From: Zygnema circumcarinatum SAG 698-1b
Taxonomy: Eukaryota > Plantae > Zygnematophyceae
Reading direction: 5' to 3'
Length of the DNA stretch: 64,000 nucleotides
Assembly (NCBI GenBank): GCA_037447605.1
Contig: CM074807.1
Coordinates: 1,488,001 to 1,552,000, forward strand
In this document: positions 1-18,631 of the stretch, piece by piece
Position numbering within the stretch: the stretch's first letter is position 1
Layout of the letters: every line of letters begins with the position of its first letter
Notes under the pieces: generated by a model
The model's database searches: none
What the model saw: the letters and a program-made list of their open reading frames with translations, nothing else
Told to the model about the DNA's origin: nothing
Position numbers and translations under genes: made by a program

Positions 1-102
1 TGTCCCGTTTATTACTCTGGAAGCAATTGGCAAACAAATGGCTTCTCCCAATCAAAGGAACTGCAAAGGAAAAACGTGAATCCTGAAAGGCTGCAAGCTC
101 AC

Positions 103-346
103 CTCCACTTCCAGTATAGCCTTCACGTTCTCGACCTGCGCCACACCAAACAGCAAACCGAATGAATTTCTAGTAATTGCAGAATTGCTCAAATTGGTGT
201 ACAGAACTCAACACAGAGAGATGCTTGTCTACAGTACCGAATACCGCTCACTACATTGGCTCTCTCTGAAGCACACGCACCGGCTCACCGGGCGAAACGT
301 CAACCATGATGATTCTCTCGTCCTCCGTCATAACCGTCACCTTCAT
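103..346 (-). CDS. DDI1: DNA damage-inducible protein 1 (UBL domain), 5' part only; gene continues beyond the window start
   Basis: Exons 346-281 and 135-103 (GT-AG, phase 0) give MKVTVMTEDERIIMVDVSPGEP|VENVKAILEVE, matching the plant DDI1 N-terminal ubiquitin-like domain (MRITVMT..EQII.LDV....VENVKALLEVE, from memory). Confidence 0.75.
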
Positions 347-744
347 GCTGACAGCCTGCTCCAGCCAAACTAACTCCTCCCTCTCCCTACCTGTTCTCCG
401 TCTGCCCTCCACTTCCTTCCCTCACTTCCTTCCCTCTCCTCCCAATTTCGTCCTAGACGCCCCTCTCTCACCCCCTCTCTCTCTCTCCTTCTCTCTCTCT
501 CTCGTCCCTCTCCCTGCCTCTCCTTCTCCTCCCTCCCACTGCCCTGCCGACGACAGTTTGCAGATACGACCTTCCTGGTGCGTTTGTTGTTGAAGCGTCC
601 ACCGACCCGGCGGTTGGCCCTCTCTCTCTCTCTACCTCCGCGTGCGCGCCAAGTAAGCAGTCTACCGAGCACGCGAGAGGCGTCCGGAGCCTGCCCGCCC
701 GCCCGCCTGCACCTTCGCGGAACCACCGCACAAGTCACGATATA

Positions 745-905
745 TCGCGCGACGATACGGCACGATACGGTACGGCATAACACGATACAACACAATACGA
801 TACAGAACAATACGATATAATATAACATTGTGCGATACGATATGGGTACGATATTGTGATACTATGACAGTACGATACGGTAGCAGTACGATACGATACA
901 GTGCA
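745..905. repeat. Degenerate 5-bp-period array (ACGAT/ACAAT/ATAAT/ACGGT/ACAGT) upstream of DDI1
   Basis: Directly visible: cacgatacggtacggcataacacgatacaacacaatacgatacag...gtacgatacgatacag. Confidence 0.8.
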
Positions 906-1082
906 TGCAGTTGAAAAAGGTTACAAGCAGGCCCGAGAAAACTAAGAAGTGAAGTGCATCAGTAGGTGCAGTCAACACTACGGCGAGTGTCGGATCATTT
1001 TGCAGCAGTACCGATACATCCCCAACTTCTTAGGCTGAGAAAGTTTAGATTCATTCAAGAACCACTCTAGAACTATTATGGA

Positions 1083-1640
1083 CCATGTACATTTGATGGC
1101 CTCGCCATCGTGAGATCAATGCCACTTCCTTATCCCTTTAGGACTACGATCCAAATCCAATCGGTATTAAACGTCACCGATTAAGCTGCCGGTTTGGCAG
1201 CTCGACGTTGGCCCTGGTACTCCCTCCCACACTCGCGGGGATGCGATTTGGCAGAGCTGAGCAGAGCTGAGCGGTGGATTGCCCGCCTCTCGTCTCCTGC
1301 CATGTGCGCCATTGCCTATGTCCGCGCCAGGCAGCAGCTTGGTGCGAAGGTTGAAAAGCAACTTCGCCACGAGCATGTCGATGCAATGAGCATCTCCTGC
1401 CACATAATGTAAGGGTAGACCTGGCCATGACGCTTTCAATGTGCAGACACCGATGTGTAAATCCTAGATTTGTATTGCGTTAGGAGCCCATCTCCTTGTC
1501 GATGGCATACAAGCTTTCTCAGTGCGATACGTGCGTTATAAATACTCTTTTACGCCGCTGTTTCCTTCGAGACGTCGAGCCAAATCAAAGGTGCAGAGTG
1601 CCCCTCTCGCTGGGCTCGTCACAAGGCGTCAACCGTTCCC
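1083..1640 (-). mobile_element. Decayed hAT-like (DUF659-type) transposase fragment
   Basis: Minus-strand frames with stops and frameshifts read RLVTSPARGA..F....EG..VKEYL / LYAIDKEMG / PNAIQI*D..GVC.LKASWPGL.LHYVAGDAHCIDML. This parallels the hAT order NFLV.SP.G..F...K.AEY...VIEEVG..NVVQ..TDNA....YP.I.W..C.AHCIDL. Confidence 0.55.
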
Positions 1641-2478
1641 AACCTCGAAGTTGAGAGCGTGGTCTGCAAAAAACAAAGCCTAGCCTGCAGCGACAGAGTG
1701 ATAAGGTATAAAAAGCTATCAAGTAATATTGTATGAAACGTATATTAATCACTGGAAAGGGCGAAGCAGCAATACGAAAAAAAGGGCTTCCTACAATGCA
1801 AAACGCGCTTGTCATTGTCCTGTAAACGATGACACTATGCAGAACTCCTCCGCTGATTCCTCACCCTTCTGAAAAGAAGATGGAAGGACTCCTTTCAGAA
1901 TTATGTTCTAGCATTACCTTCCATTACAGTTGTGTTCCGTCAGGAGACCTAAACTTACAACCTACAAATGGACCCGTATACCCAGCAGCATAGATTGTCC
2001 ATGAAAGAGGAGCGATGCCAAGGACGAGGAGCAAGTAAAAGCTGAAACGAGAGGAGCACGATAAGTGAGGGCAAGAACAAGCTCATGTGGCAATTACGAA
2101 GCATGATACAACACAGAAAACTGACCTAAACTGGTTTCACCACTCCAGACAAGCATGCACAATCTACGACAGTGAAAAGTGTCAAACCTTACCAGTATCC
2201 GGCGCAATGTACCCACCTTCCACCACCAAACTCGGACCATGACGCAAGTAATAACCAAGAGAACACTTTTTACACATCTCATTACGAAGATTATGGATTA
2301 ATGACGGATTGCCAGTCACCATGAATAATTCACTGCACAATATTGACACAGACTTGCTGACTCTCATGGACTGCGTCAAGTAAGAGGGTTGAATCCTGAC
2401 TTCCTGCATGCTTACTATCGTTGAAGTACACTTCACCTTCATTGGCAAGGTGAAACCCCTAAGCTATCTGAGGCAACT

Positions 2479-3378
2479 TTAAAATCCGTAATCTGAACTG
2501 TCAAAAACACCATCCAGAACTTCTAATTTCTTAGCGCGTGGCGCAGCGTCAGAAGAGGTACTCTCAGGCACTCCAGTTACTCCAGCATCCTTGCCATCAA
2601 ACGAAGGGAGGTCGTCACTAGTAGGCAGTGCTTGCTCCTCGTCAAAAGAATCAAAAGCTGGATGCGTAAGAAGCTTCTCAAAAAGTAGAGTGCCTCGTAA
2701 CGCATTTGTCAGGGGAAGATGTCCCACAGGCGCATCTATTTCCCATGTAAACTCCAAGGGGAACTTCTTGTAAGTGCTGTTCTCCCCATACGTCCACCCA
2801 ATCTTCAAGAAGAAGGGTTTCCAGCGGCAATCCAGCGCTTTCCACATCCTGCGCTGTACGCTGAATCCAAACTTGTCATTGCTGTAGGTTCTCCACAATG
2901 TGTCAATTGTGAGCAAATCTGATGCTGGAATAAACGACACTTCTGAAAAGTACACCCACTTCCGCTTGGCGGCACCCTCTCCCGCAAGAACACAGATAAG
3001 CCTCCTTGTTTCATCATCTGCAGCCTCCCACTGTCCTGCCGCAAGCTTATCCCGAAGGGCCTCATAGGAAATTCCAACATCTGACTTCAGCGGCACTTCC
3101 ACAGCATCCACAATCCCTTCTCGGCTTGTAGCTTGAGCCAAAGCTAGGACCACTCTCCCACTGGAACGGCCTGCTCTCCTCACCAGCGGCTCCTCCTGAA
3201 GCCGCACCTGCAAAGTTCGCTGCTGCAGCTCTATTCTATGCTCGCATGCTCCAACCAAGGCGAGCTCCGCAGCAGCTCCTTGTCCCCTTCCTTGCACTCT
3301 CCCACTCCCAAACACCATCCCCTTCCCTACCAGCGTGCTTCCTTGCGCAGAAGCCATCCCTACAACAGCCATTGCCAA
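2479..3378 (-). CDS. GUN4: GUN4 porphyrin-binding Mg-chelatase activator, with predicted transit peptide; intronless
   Basis: 299-aa ORF containing ISYEALRDKLAAGQWEAADDETRR, KRKWVYFSEV, DLLTIDTLW..YSNDKFGFSVQRRMW, and PVGHLPLTNALRGT.LFEKLLTHPAF; plant-type acidic C-terminal tail ending SDYGF. Confidence 0.95.
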   Translation of the reverse strand: MAMAVVGMASAQGSTLVGKGMVFGSGRVQGRGQGAAAELALVGACEHRIELQQRTLQVRLQEEPLVRRAGRSSGRVVLALAQATSREGIVDAVEVPLKSDVGISYEALRDKLAAGQWEAADDETRRLICVLAGEGAAKRKWVYFSEVSFIPASDLLTIDTLWRTYSNDKFGFSVQRRMWKALDCRWKPFFLKIGWTYGENSTYKKFPLEFTWEIDAPVGHLPLTNALRGTLLFEKLLTHPAFDSFDEEQALPTSDDLPSFDGKDAGVTGVPESTSSDAAPRAKKLEVLDGVFDSSDYGF

Positions 3379-3800
3379 ACCCCTTCAAACTCCCCTCCTG
3401 CCTCCTCTCTCAGCCCTCCGCCCCCCTCCTTCCTCGCCCTCGCGCTCGGCCTCACCCTCGCCTTCCTCGTCCGCAGAGAAGAGAAGCGGCGGAGGCGGAA
3501 TTGCGGCTCCTTGCTCGCGGACGTGGCCGGCGCCTATTAGGCGGAGCGGATAGTGCTGGGATCGCCGCATCCAAAAAGTGCACAGCCCTGCAGGGGAGGG
3601 GAGGAGAGGGGAAGAGAGGGGAGGGGGGGCTGTAGGAGGGGTCCATGGCGGCTGCTGGCGGCTGCAGCTGCTGCGTCTGAGGGGTCCGCCATACGTGTGG
3701 CGGGAGGCGGGGGGGGGGTGAGCGCCGAGCAGGGGGGTAGGGTTGGAAGAGGGAAGAGCAGAAGGGGTTCAGGTGAGGGGGAGAAGAGTGACGGGCTGCG

Positions 3801-6769
3801 ATGGCAACGGATAGGAGGGAGGAGAAAGGGAAGACTAGAGTTGATGACAGTGGGATATACGGCACTAGTTTGGAGCATTGTGAGAAGATGATTCAGCATT
3901 CGCTGAAGCGGAGTAAGAGCGACGAACTTGACTGGGGGCCTGATTGTTGGAGTGAGGAGATCTTCTGCCTTTGAGAAAGTGCAAGCTGCAACGTTGAGCA
4001 TGCTCGGCTATTATTGAGAGCTGCGTGTATGGATGGTGCTGGCGGCACAGATTCACTGGTAAAATTTATCCGAGACGCCATGGAAAAGGCGGGCTGTCCA
4101 GTGGGAGATAACTTTTTTCGCGCACAGGTGTGTGAAATGAAGGCCGGCGGAGGATTCATGCCTGAGGAAGGGGTAAGATATTTGCTTTTTCTCTACATAA
4201 TGCTGATAAAGAAAAACCACGATCTCCACAGACCAAGCTTTAATCCCTCATTCAAATCAATGATTGAAAGTTGAAACTGCTAAATTGTAGGATTATTGCG
4301 CTGCCAAACCTTAGGTGCAATGCGGTTTGTTAAGCTGACCAGCTTTCTCAGATTTTGGCGTCTGCTCTCGGATGGTTTTGGCATTTTGGTGAAGAGTCAC
4401 ACTGAGGTCAGGTACTCAGTGCATTCAGGAGAGTATCAAGAGAGGCGGGGAAAGCTTAATTTGCCGCACTGTGTTTACAGCTGGTTATTGCGCAAGAGGT
4501 CATGGCTTGTCAGGACTTGATTCGTATGCCGGAATTATTGAAAGAAGCTATTGAACTATTGTACAATACAAGCCTATACCCTGTAGGTCTAGACGACCTT
4601 GAACATACGAACGACAGCATTTCTGAGAGTCCTGTGAAGTCATTTCGCGGCTGCATAGGAGGCACTTTGGTAGGAGTGTATGCTCTGAATTTTTTGGATA
4701 AACGGGACTGCTCGTGAAGCAATGCCAACTGATTGTTTGCGTATGGAATCGTTTAGGTTCTGAGGCCGGGAGCATTGGTAGCAGGTGGTGGTGTGTAGTA
4801 ACCACGTTCTTTATCAGGACGAGGTGGACACAGCGTTGGCCCACGAGCTGATCCATGCCTATGACCACTGCAGGGCTGCCAACTTGGATTGGGTCAACTG
4901 TTTTCATCACGCCTGTAGTGAGGTGGGTTTCAGTCTCTTGCATTCCTTCTCCTTATGGAATATTCATGCCAAAGGTTCATTGTTCATTGAAGTAGTTTTG
5001 GGGAGTGCTGCTTAAGTTATGGAAGAAAAGGTGTTTTCAGTAAGGTAATGTGTCGTCAGCTTTAGCAATGAACTTATCCTGGGTTCACCATAGACAGATT
5101 AGCAGGAGTTTGGGGAGTGCTGCTTAAATTATGGAAGAAAGTTGTACTAAGTAATATAATGTGTCTTCAGCTTTAGCAAAGAACTTATCCTGGGTTCACC
5201 ATAGACAGATTAGCAGGACTGAAGAGTATCTAGTTGCAGTCGGTGTGATTCTAGCCTTCTTCCCCTAGCATTGCATTAATTGTACTTGAACTCGGCAGCT
5301 TTTCCTGCAGTTAAAGTACATTGACCACACACTTTGAATTCTACTTTTTGCTTGCCCTAGTCAGTGACACCTCCGAGCTCGTATTGGAACTAGTGTTGAA
5401 GCAGATTCAGATTCTGTAGAGGATATGCAACATCCTGTAAGCGAAGTAAGCGTGAAATTTTTGGGTAATGGTTCTGAGTGCTATTAGGGTTTACAGCTTG
5501 AAGCTTGTCTCCAAATGTGGCCCACACTACATAAACTGTAGGCTTATGAAGGTGCTTCGAGCTTAGTGTGTCATAAGCAAGAAGGACCTCCAGATGTTTT
5601 CCGAAGTGTAAAGATGGATGGATAATTCACCATTTCAGCTGCAGTGCAGTCAGATATCAGGAGCTTGTCTTTTGGGATAAGTAGTTCGATTGTCTCCCTT
5701 ATGTATGGGACTAAGGCATTGTTGTCGGGTCTTCTTATGTGATGGAATGTACTCAACAATATCATCCAGTTTACAGTTTTAAACTCTGATCTGAAAACCG
5801 CTTAGAGCCTTATTCTGGGCCATTATGCTATTGGGTTGATTTTAATCTTTAGAGTTAAATCGAAGTATCAGCCCACTTCTGAGCTGAAAGCTGTACCTTG
5901 CTATGGGTGCAGCCTGGCTTGAAGCTACCTTCGCACTCTGTGTTAAGTCAAGGTTACCTTAACCACAAGATATCCCTAATCGTGTCCCTATCGCCAACTT
6001 ATTCCTTGTCCAACCTGTGTCGATTGAGACCCACCTCTTGCCTACTCCTATCTTTGAATTACAGCTTAACTGGGGCGTAGGCCTGAGCATCTAGTTAGGT
6101 TTGGTAACAGCTTGACTTATTTTTTACCGCATCAGTTACTTGCTACTAGGGAGACGACTAATCGTCGCTTATGGTCCGGGATAATCTGCAGATTCGAGCT
6201 GCCAACCTCAGTACGGCATGCCACATGCATAAAGAGATCCTCACTCGAGGATCTGACTTCCGATTCCGGGCCGGCCATCAGGTTCCATACTTCCTCCTGA
6301 GCCATCCTTTCTTTACCGCTTTCATATACATTGTTACCCGCGGCAAAACAATAACTTTTACTGAGACTATCAGCAAGTGCATGTGTTTTCTGTCTCATCA
6401 CTTTACTTGATTGAATGCTAGAGCTTTCCCTTTCCTCGATTGGAGTGAGGCTAGGTAAGATGGTTGTCGACGATGAATGAGGAGGCAAATGAGGCTACTG
6501 CAGGAAGGGAGGTAAGGAATGAGTGAGGAGAAACAGAAAGCCTTCAGTGAGAGCGAAGATGGAAAATTCCATAGTAGGACGTACGCTTTGTTCGCTAAGG
6601 TTGCATTTTCATGACTTCAGCTGTGGGCTTACAGGCGTGTGTCCGGCGCAAGGCCTTGCTGTCCGTGGCAATGAACCCTAACTGCTCGCAAGAGGAAGCT
6701 AAGGCAGCAGTTGAGGGTTCTTGGAACTGCTGCTATAAAGACACCGCGCCATTCGACCGGATCCCTTAG
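3801..6769 (+). CDS. ATP23: Mitochondrial inner membrane metalloprotease ATP23 (peptidase M76)
   Basis: Exons about 3801-3912, 4051-4172, 4785-4921, 6192-6281 and 6635-6769. They give ..HCEKMIQHSLKR|NSLVKFIRDAMEKAGCPVG..|VVVCSNH..QDEVDTALAHELIHAYDHCRAANLDWVNCFHHACSE|IRAANLS..|ACVRRK..PNCS..WNCCYKDTAPFDRIP*. HExxH motif present. Confidence 0.93.
4995..5218. repeat. Tandem duplication, two units of about 112 bp, in an ATP23 intron
   Basis: tttggggagtgctgcttaa...gaacttatcctgggttcaccatagacagattagcagga occurs twice head-to-tail; the last 38 bp of each unit are identical. Confidence 0.9.
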
Positions 6770-7712
6770 AAGACCTTCCTGTCATCGCCTTATTCAGACG
6801 CAAGCACTCATATGGGGATATCCTGCGACCTGATACGTAGCTGGGGCCCTCTTGTGGAAGGACAATCAGGACAGCCTTGCAGCTTTATGGCATCTTTCCA
6901 GGCGACATCACCAGAGCAATTGGGTATCTTGGTCTCCTCAAGTTTGAACTATGCAAGTGAGCGTGCGTAGTGCATGGCTTTTATTCTCACTGAACTCAGG
7001 CGCACACTTTCTGCAAGATGTGGGCTTCATTTTTTAGACGGGAAATGGCTTGAAGATGCCATCGAAGTGGCAGTGGCATTGGTTGGTTCTGATTTGAACA
7101 ACCTTTGCTACTGCTAAATTCAAGGGAGCAGCTGCCTGCTTTACTGATCCTCCTTGCTATTGGGAGGCGGGAAATCTCTAGTAACGAGCTTTGCCAGGGC
7201 TTGGTGAAAATAAACTAGTCTATCAATTACATGTTTCCAAGCTGGCACATAGGGCACAGTTATTTTTTCATCTATTCGTTTGAGCCAGCGATTCGAATTC
7301 TTTCTACAGACAGTAGACTTGAAGTTTTGGAGGTGGAAAATGCACGATTTTAATGGAAACGCAAGTTTGTAGTTCCTTGAGATTGCATTGCCAATGCTGT
7401 GCTGCTATGCTTCGTGGTCATCTTTAGGATTCCTGGCCAAGCGATTCCTGGAACTAATTGATTGGTATTTGATCGTTTTGTAGCTGTAATAATATGTGGA
7501 GCTAGCTGTAATTTCGGTTGTTGCATACTGAAACAACGCCATAGCTGTCTGCTAGAACCCACAAGTGGGCGCCAAGGCCATCCATAGCTGACTCACAGCA
7601 GCACCCCCAGCCACGAGCGAGAGCACCAGTGTCCCTGCCCAGTGTCGTCATGCCTCCGAAACTGTGGCAACAGTGAACGCAGCGCGCGTCGCAGTTCCGT
7701 TCAGCGTTAGCT

Positions 7713-7813
7713 GTACTGTACTGTATCTCGTAGTACAGTACGACCGATGTGCCGTACATCACGGTACTGTACTGTACTTTTCTGCATGTACAGTACTGTA
7801 CTGTACCGTACGG
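7713..7813. promoter_or_regulatory. GTAC / (TACTG)n array upstream of YAK1, ending in CCGTACGG
   Basis: 13 GTAC cores counted in 7713-7811. GTAC is the established SBP-domain binding core; the regulatory role here is inferred. Confidence 0.5.
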
Positions 7814-8624
7814 CGGGGCAGATGAACGGCGGCACGAAACAGGGCCAGGTGCAGACCGCTCCTTTCCTCTCCGCCCCCCGGCCAGCGGCCGGGCCGGGCG
7901 GTGCCGCATGGTCATGGCCATGGATGGGCGCGCTGGCGCGTGAGGAGGGCGCCAGCGCGCCGGGGGGCGGGCCAGCCAGCGGGGCAGGGAGGGCGCCCTG
8001 CACGGACGGCCCAGATCCGCTGCGGGGGAACAGTCCTGCTCGCGTCGCGGCATGCCATGCCGCCATGGCGCTACATCCCTCCTTCGGGAATCCCTGGTGA
8101 CGCCACGAACAGGTCATCCCATGCATGGGCCCATCCGCACCATGGCCATGCGGCCCATGCGGCCCATGCCATGCCATCCGGCCGCCCGCCCGGCCGCCCG
8201 CCTGGCGTGGCATCCAAGAAACATCGCGCGTCTCGCCTGTGCCTCGCCCGGACTTTATGGCGTGGGCGCTACCTCCTCCCCCCCATCCTCCCCCTTCGCC
8301 TCCGATCGCTCCGCTGCCCTCCTCTCCCTCCTCTCGCTCTCCTGCTGCTGCCGAGGCTGCTGGGGGAGGCGCCAACATCTGCGAAATGCTCAGGAAGGGC
8401 GAGAGGACGGCAATCTGAGAACCAACATGGGCGGAATGGAGGGAGGGCGCGAGGATTGCAATTTAGAGAGAGCGAAGGGTAGGGAGAGGTGAGAGGTTGG
8501 GAGAAGGTGACGAGGAGAAGGAAGGAGCCCGAGGAGTTTTAGGACGCACTGGAGGAAAAATTGTGACCGACTGCTGCCATGCTTGGTAACGGTGGAAGTA
8601 TAGGGCCGGCGCTGGACTGCAACA

Positions 8625-16563
<7,939 letters not shown>

Positions 16564-18577
16564 CTGCAAAGAGAGAGAGAGAGAGAGAGGGAGAGAGGAG
16601 AGAGAGAGAGAGAGAGAGGCCTCTGCAGGGTGGGAGGGATGCTCCAGGACTGCTTCATTGTGCGTTGTATGCAATGGCCGGTTTCTCAGAACCTTTACGC
16701 GGAGCATTTTCATCTGCTACGAGGTTGAGGCTACTCTTGCACCCAACGGCATTCAGAGCACACAGCATTTGAGAGAGCTGGACCAGGAATGGAGGGGCAG
16801 GCTGTGAAGAGATAGGATATAATGTCACATGGTGTCGGGCCCCTCATGCAGAAGCACTGCTCAGGCGGGGCCACGGAAGGGGTTGTTTGTCTGCCTGTAA
16901 GTGTTTAAGTGGAAGTGAAAAACTTACATACGCTATAGGAGATATGTGAACAAGCCGGAGGGCCTGCAAGAAAGGAGTGATTGAAGAGCAGACTCTTTGA
17001 TGGCGAGTGTAGCTGTTAGAGAAAGCATCACCATGCCCTTGGAGGGAGTATTCGGCAGGATTATGCCATTCATTGGTATTGATCCCCACCACTTGTAGTC
17101 CCCTTCTCCCACCCTGCCGAGCTCACATGGAGGTAGCTGAGCTCTTAAGGGGGTAGCCACGACTGAAGAGGGAAGCTCAATGTTCAATGGTGTGGCAGCG
17201 CCCTGAAGGGGAGTATACATGTGCCGGTTTGGCAGGTGAGGAAATCCTTCTGCTTAGGGTTACCGCCCATTGGGTTGCCTTAACGCCTTTGTCTTTGAGC
17301 TGTTTTGGGAATCTGAGTCAGGAGGTCGGCAGAGTTAAGAGATCCTAATCTTTCCTATGCTTAAGTGGAGCGAGTAAGTGCAATTGAGGGAAGTACAGCT
17401 ACCAGCGTTAATGCAATAGAGTTGTTCCTTGAATATCGCAGCATATGAACGAGCTCCTCCTACTGGCTAATAGAAGGACTGTGTTGATTTGCAGAGGAAC
17501 ACTTTGGGACAGGAAGGACGGTAAAGATTGTCCGCATACCAATGGCGCATGTAAAGATGGCCTGTAAGCTGATGCGCCTATAGCTTAATGACGAGAGTCT
17601 TCTGTACTTCAGAGGCAGAGCGGAACATGAGGTGGGCAATAGCATGTGCTTGGTATTACGCATATGGGACTAAGGATGCTTGCTCTTATGAAGAGGGGAG
17701 AGGAATTAGTACGAGAGAAGTCCTGCCCAGCTTTAAGCCCCTCAAGGTGGTTTGAGCTGTAGGATGACATATGTATTGAAATGTCAATTCTTCGGGCTAT
17801 GAGAGCTGCATCACAAGCTTTGCAGGAGTGCTCCTCTTACAATGGCTACTTGACAATTTCCGCATGGCATGATGTGACAGCATCGTCTTGTTGCAAGTGA
17901 AAGGTGTCTGCCAATCGAAAGTCCAACTTTTATCCAACTTGAGAAATATCTAGTGAGACGTCAGGCTCGCTTAGCACGTGCTCAACCAGCACTCGCAATT
18001 TCTTTGTCCCTGTGAGATGCGGATGAGGTGACGAAGAGGTCCCTCGGGTCCCTTGTCATGTCTTAAAATGTCAACATCAATCGTTTTGCCGTTTTGTCTA
18101 CATATGCGGGCAACACGAGTAGGGACCAGTGACCAGTTTTCTTTAACTGAGGGCCTTCCCCCGACTCGGTGCGTTTCCATGAATTGGAGAAACGTAGCTC
18201 GTAGCTTTGCTTTGGTGGCTCCAAGAACGCATCCGCGATTCTTAGCAAATGAATACGTGCGGGCCCTCCGCGTGAGTGTCTTACCGTTAAGCTCAAATTT
18301 GGGAGATTGGGTTTCTATGAAGCATGTGTGGAAGTGCAGCCAACCCCTTTAAAAAAAACCCAACAATGGGCACACAACTGATAGCGCACCAAGTTGTTTC
18401 GCACGTAATTTGCAAAGGAACATGAAAGAGAACAAATTGAACAGGGAACGCCAAATTTTATGAATGGCAGGGGGAAAGTACATGCAGTCCATGTCAAGGG
18501 CGGCTCATGCCTTCGACATTTCTTTTGTCCTTCGGTCCTTTGTGACCACTTCCTTGTGGGTTCCCCATGGCGCATTT

Positions 18578-18631
18578 GTCCATGTACATTTGACGGCATC
18601 CTCGCCATCGTGAGACCAATGCCACTTCCTT
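18578..18631. repeat. Dispersed ~50-bp repeat core shared with 1083-1131 and 63673-63703
   Basis: ccatgtacatttgacggcatcctcgccatcgtgagaccaatgccacttcctt versus ccatgtacatttgatggcctcgccatcgtgagatcaatgccacttcctt; all three copies are in the same orientation. Confidence 0.8.

Noticed and set aside
745-905. Pentamer and CCATTG arrays as CRISPR-like repeat-spacer loci
   Set aside because: No constant repeat with unique spacers and no cas genes, in a eukaryotic context.
7500-8500. Many overlapping 100-220-aa ORFs in GC-rich islands (also 20080-20855, 30300-30925, 47170-47976, 61050-61995, 62400-63400)
   Set aside because: Low-complexity R/G/A/P-rich translations expected from stop-poor GC-rich promoter DNA; no recognisable domains.
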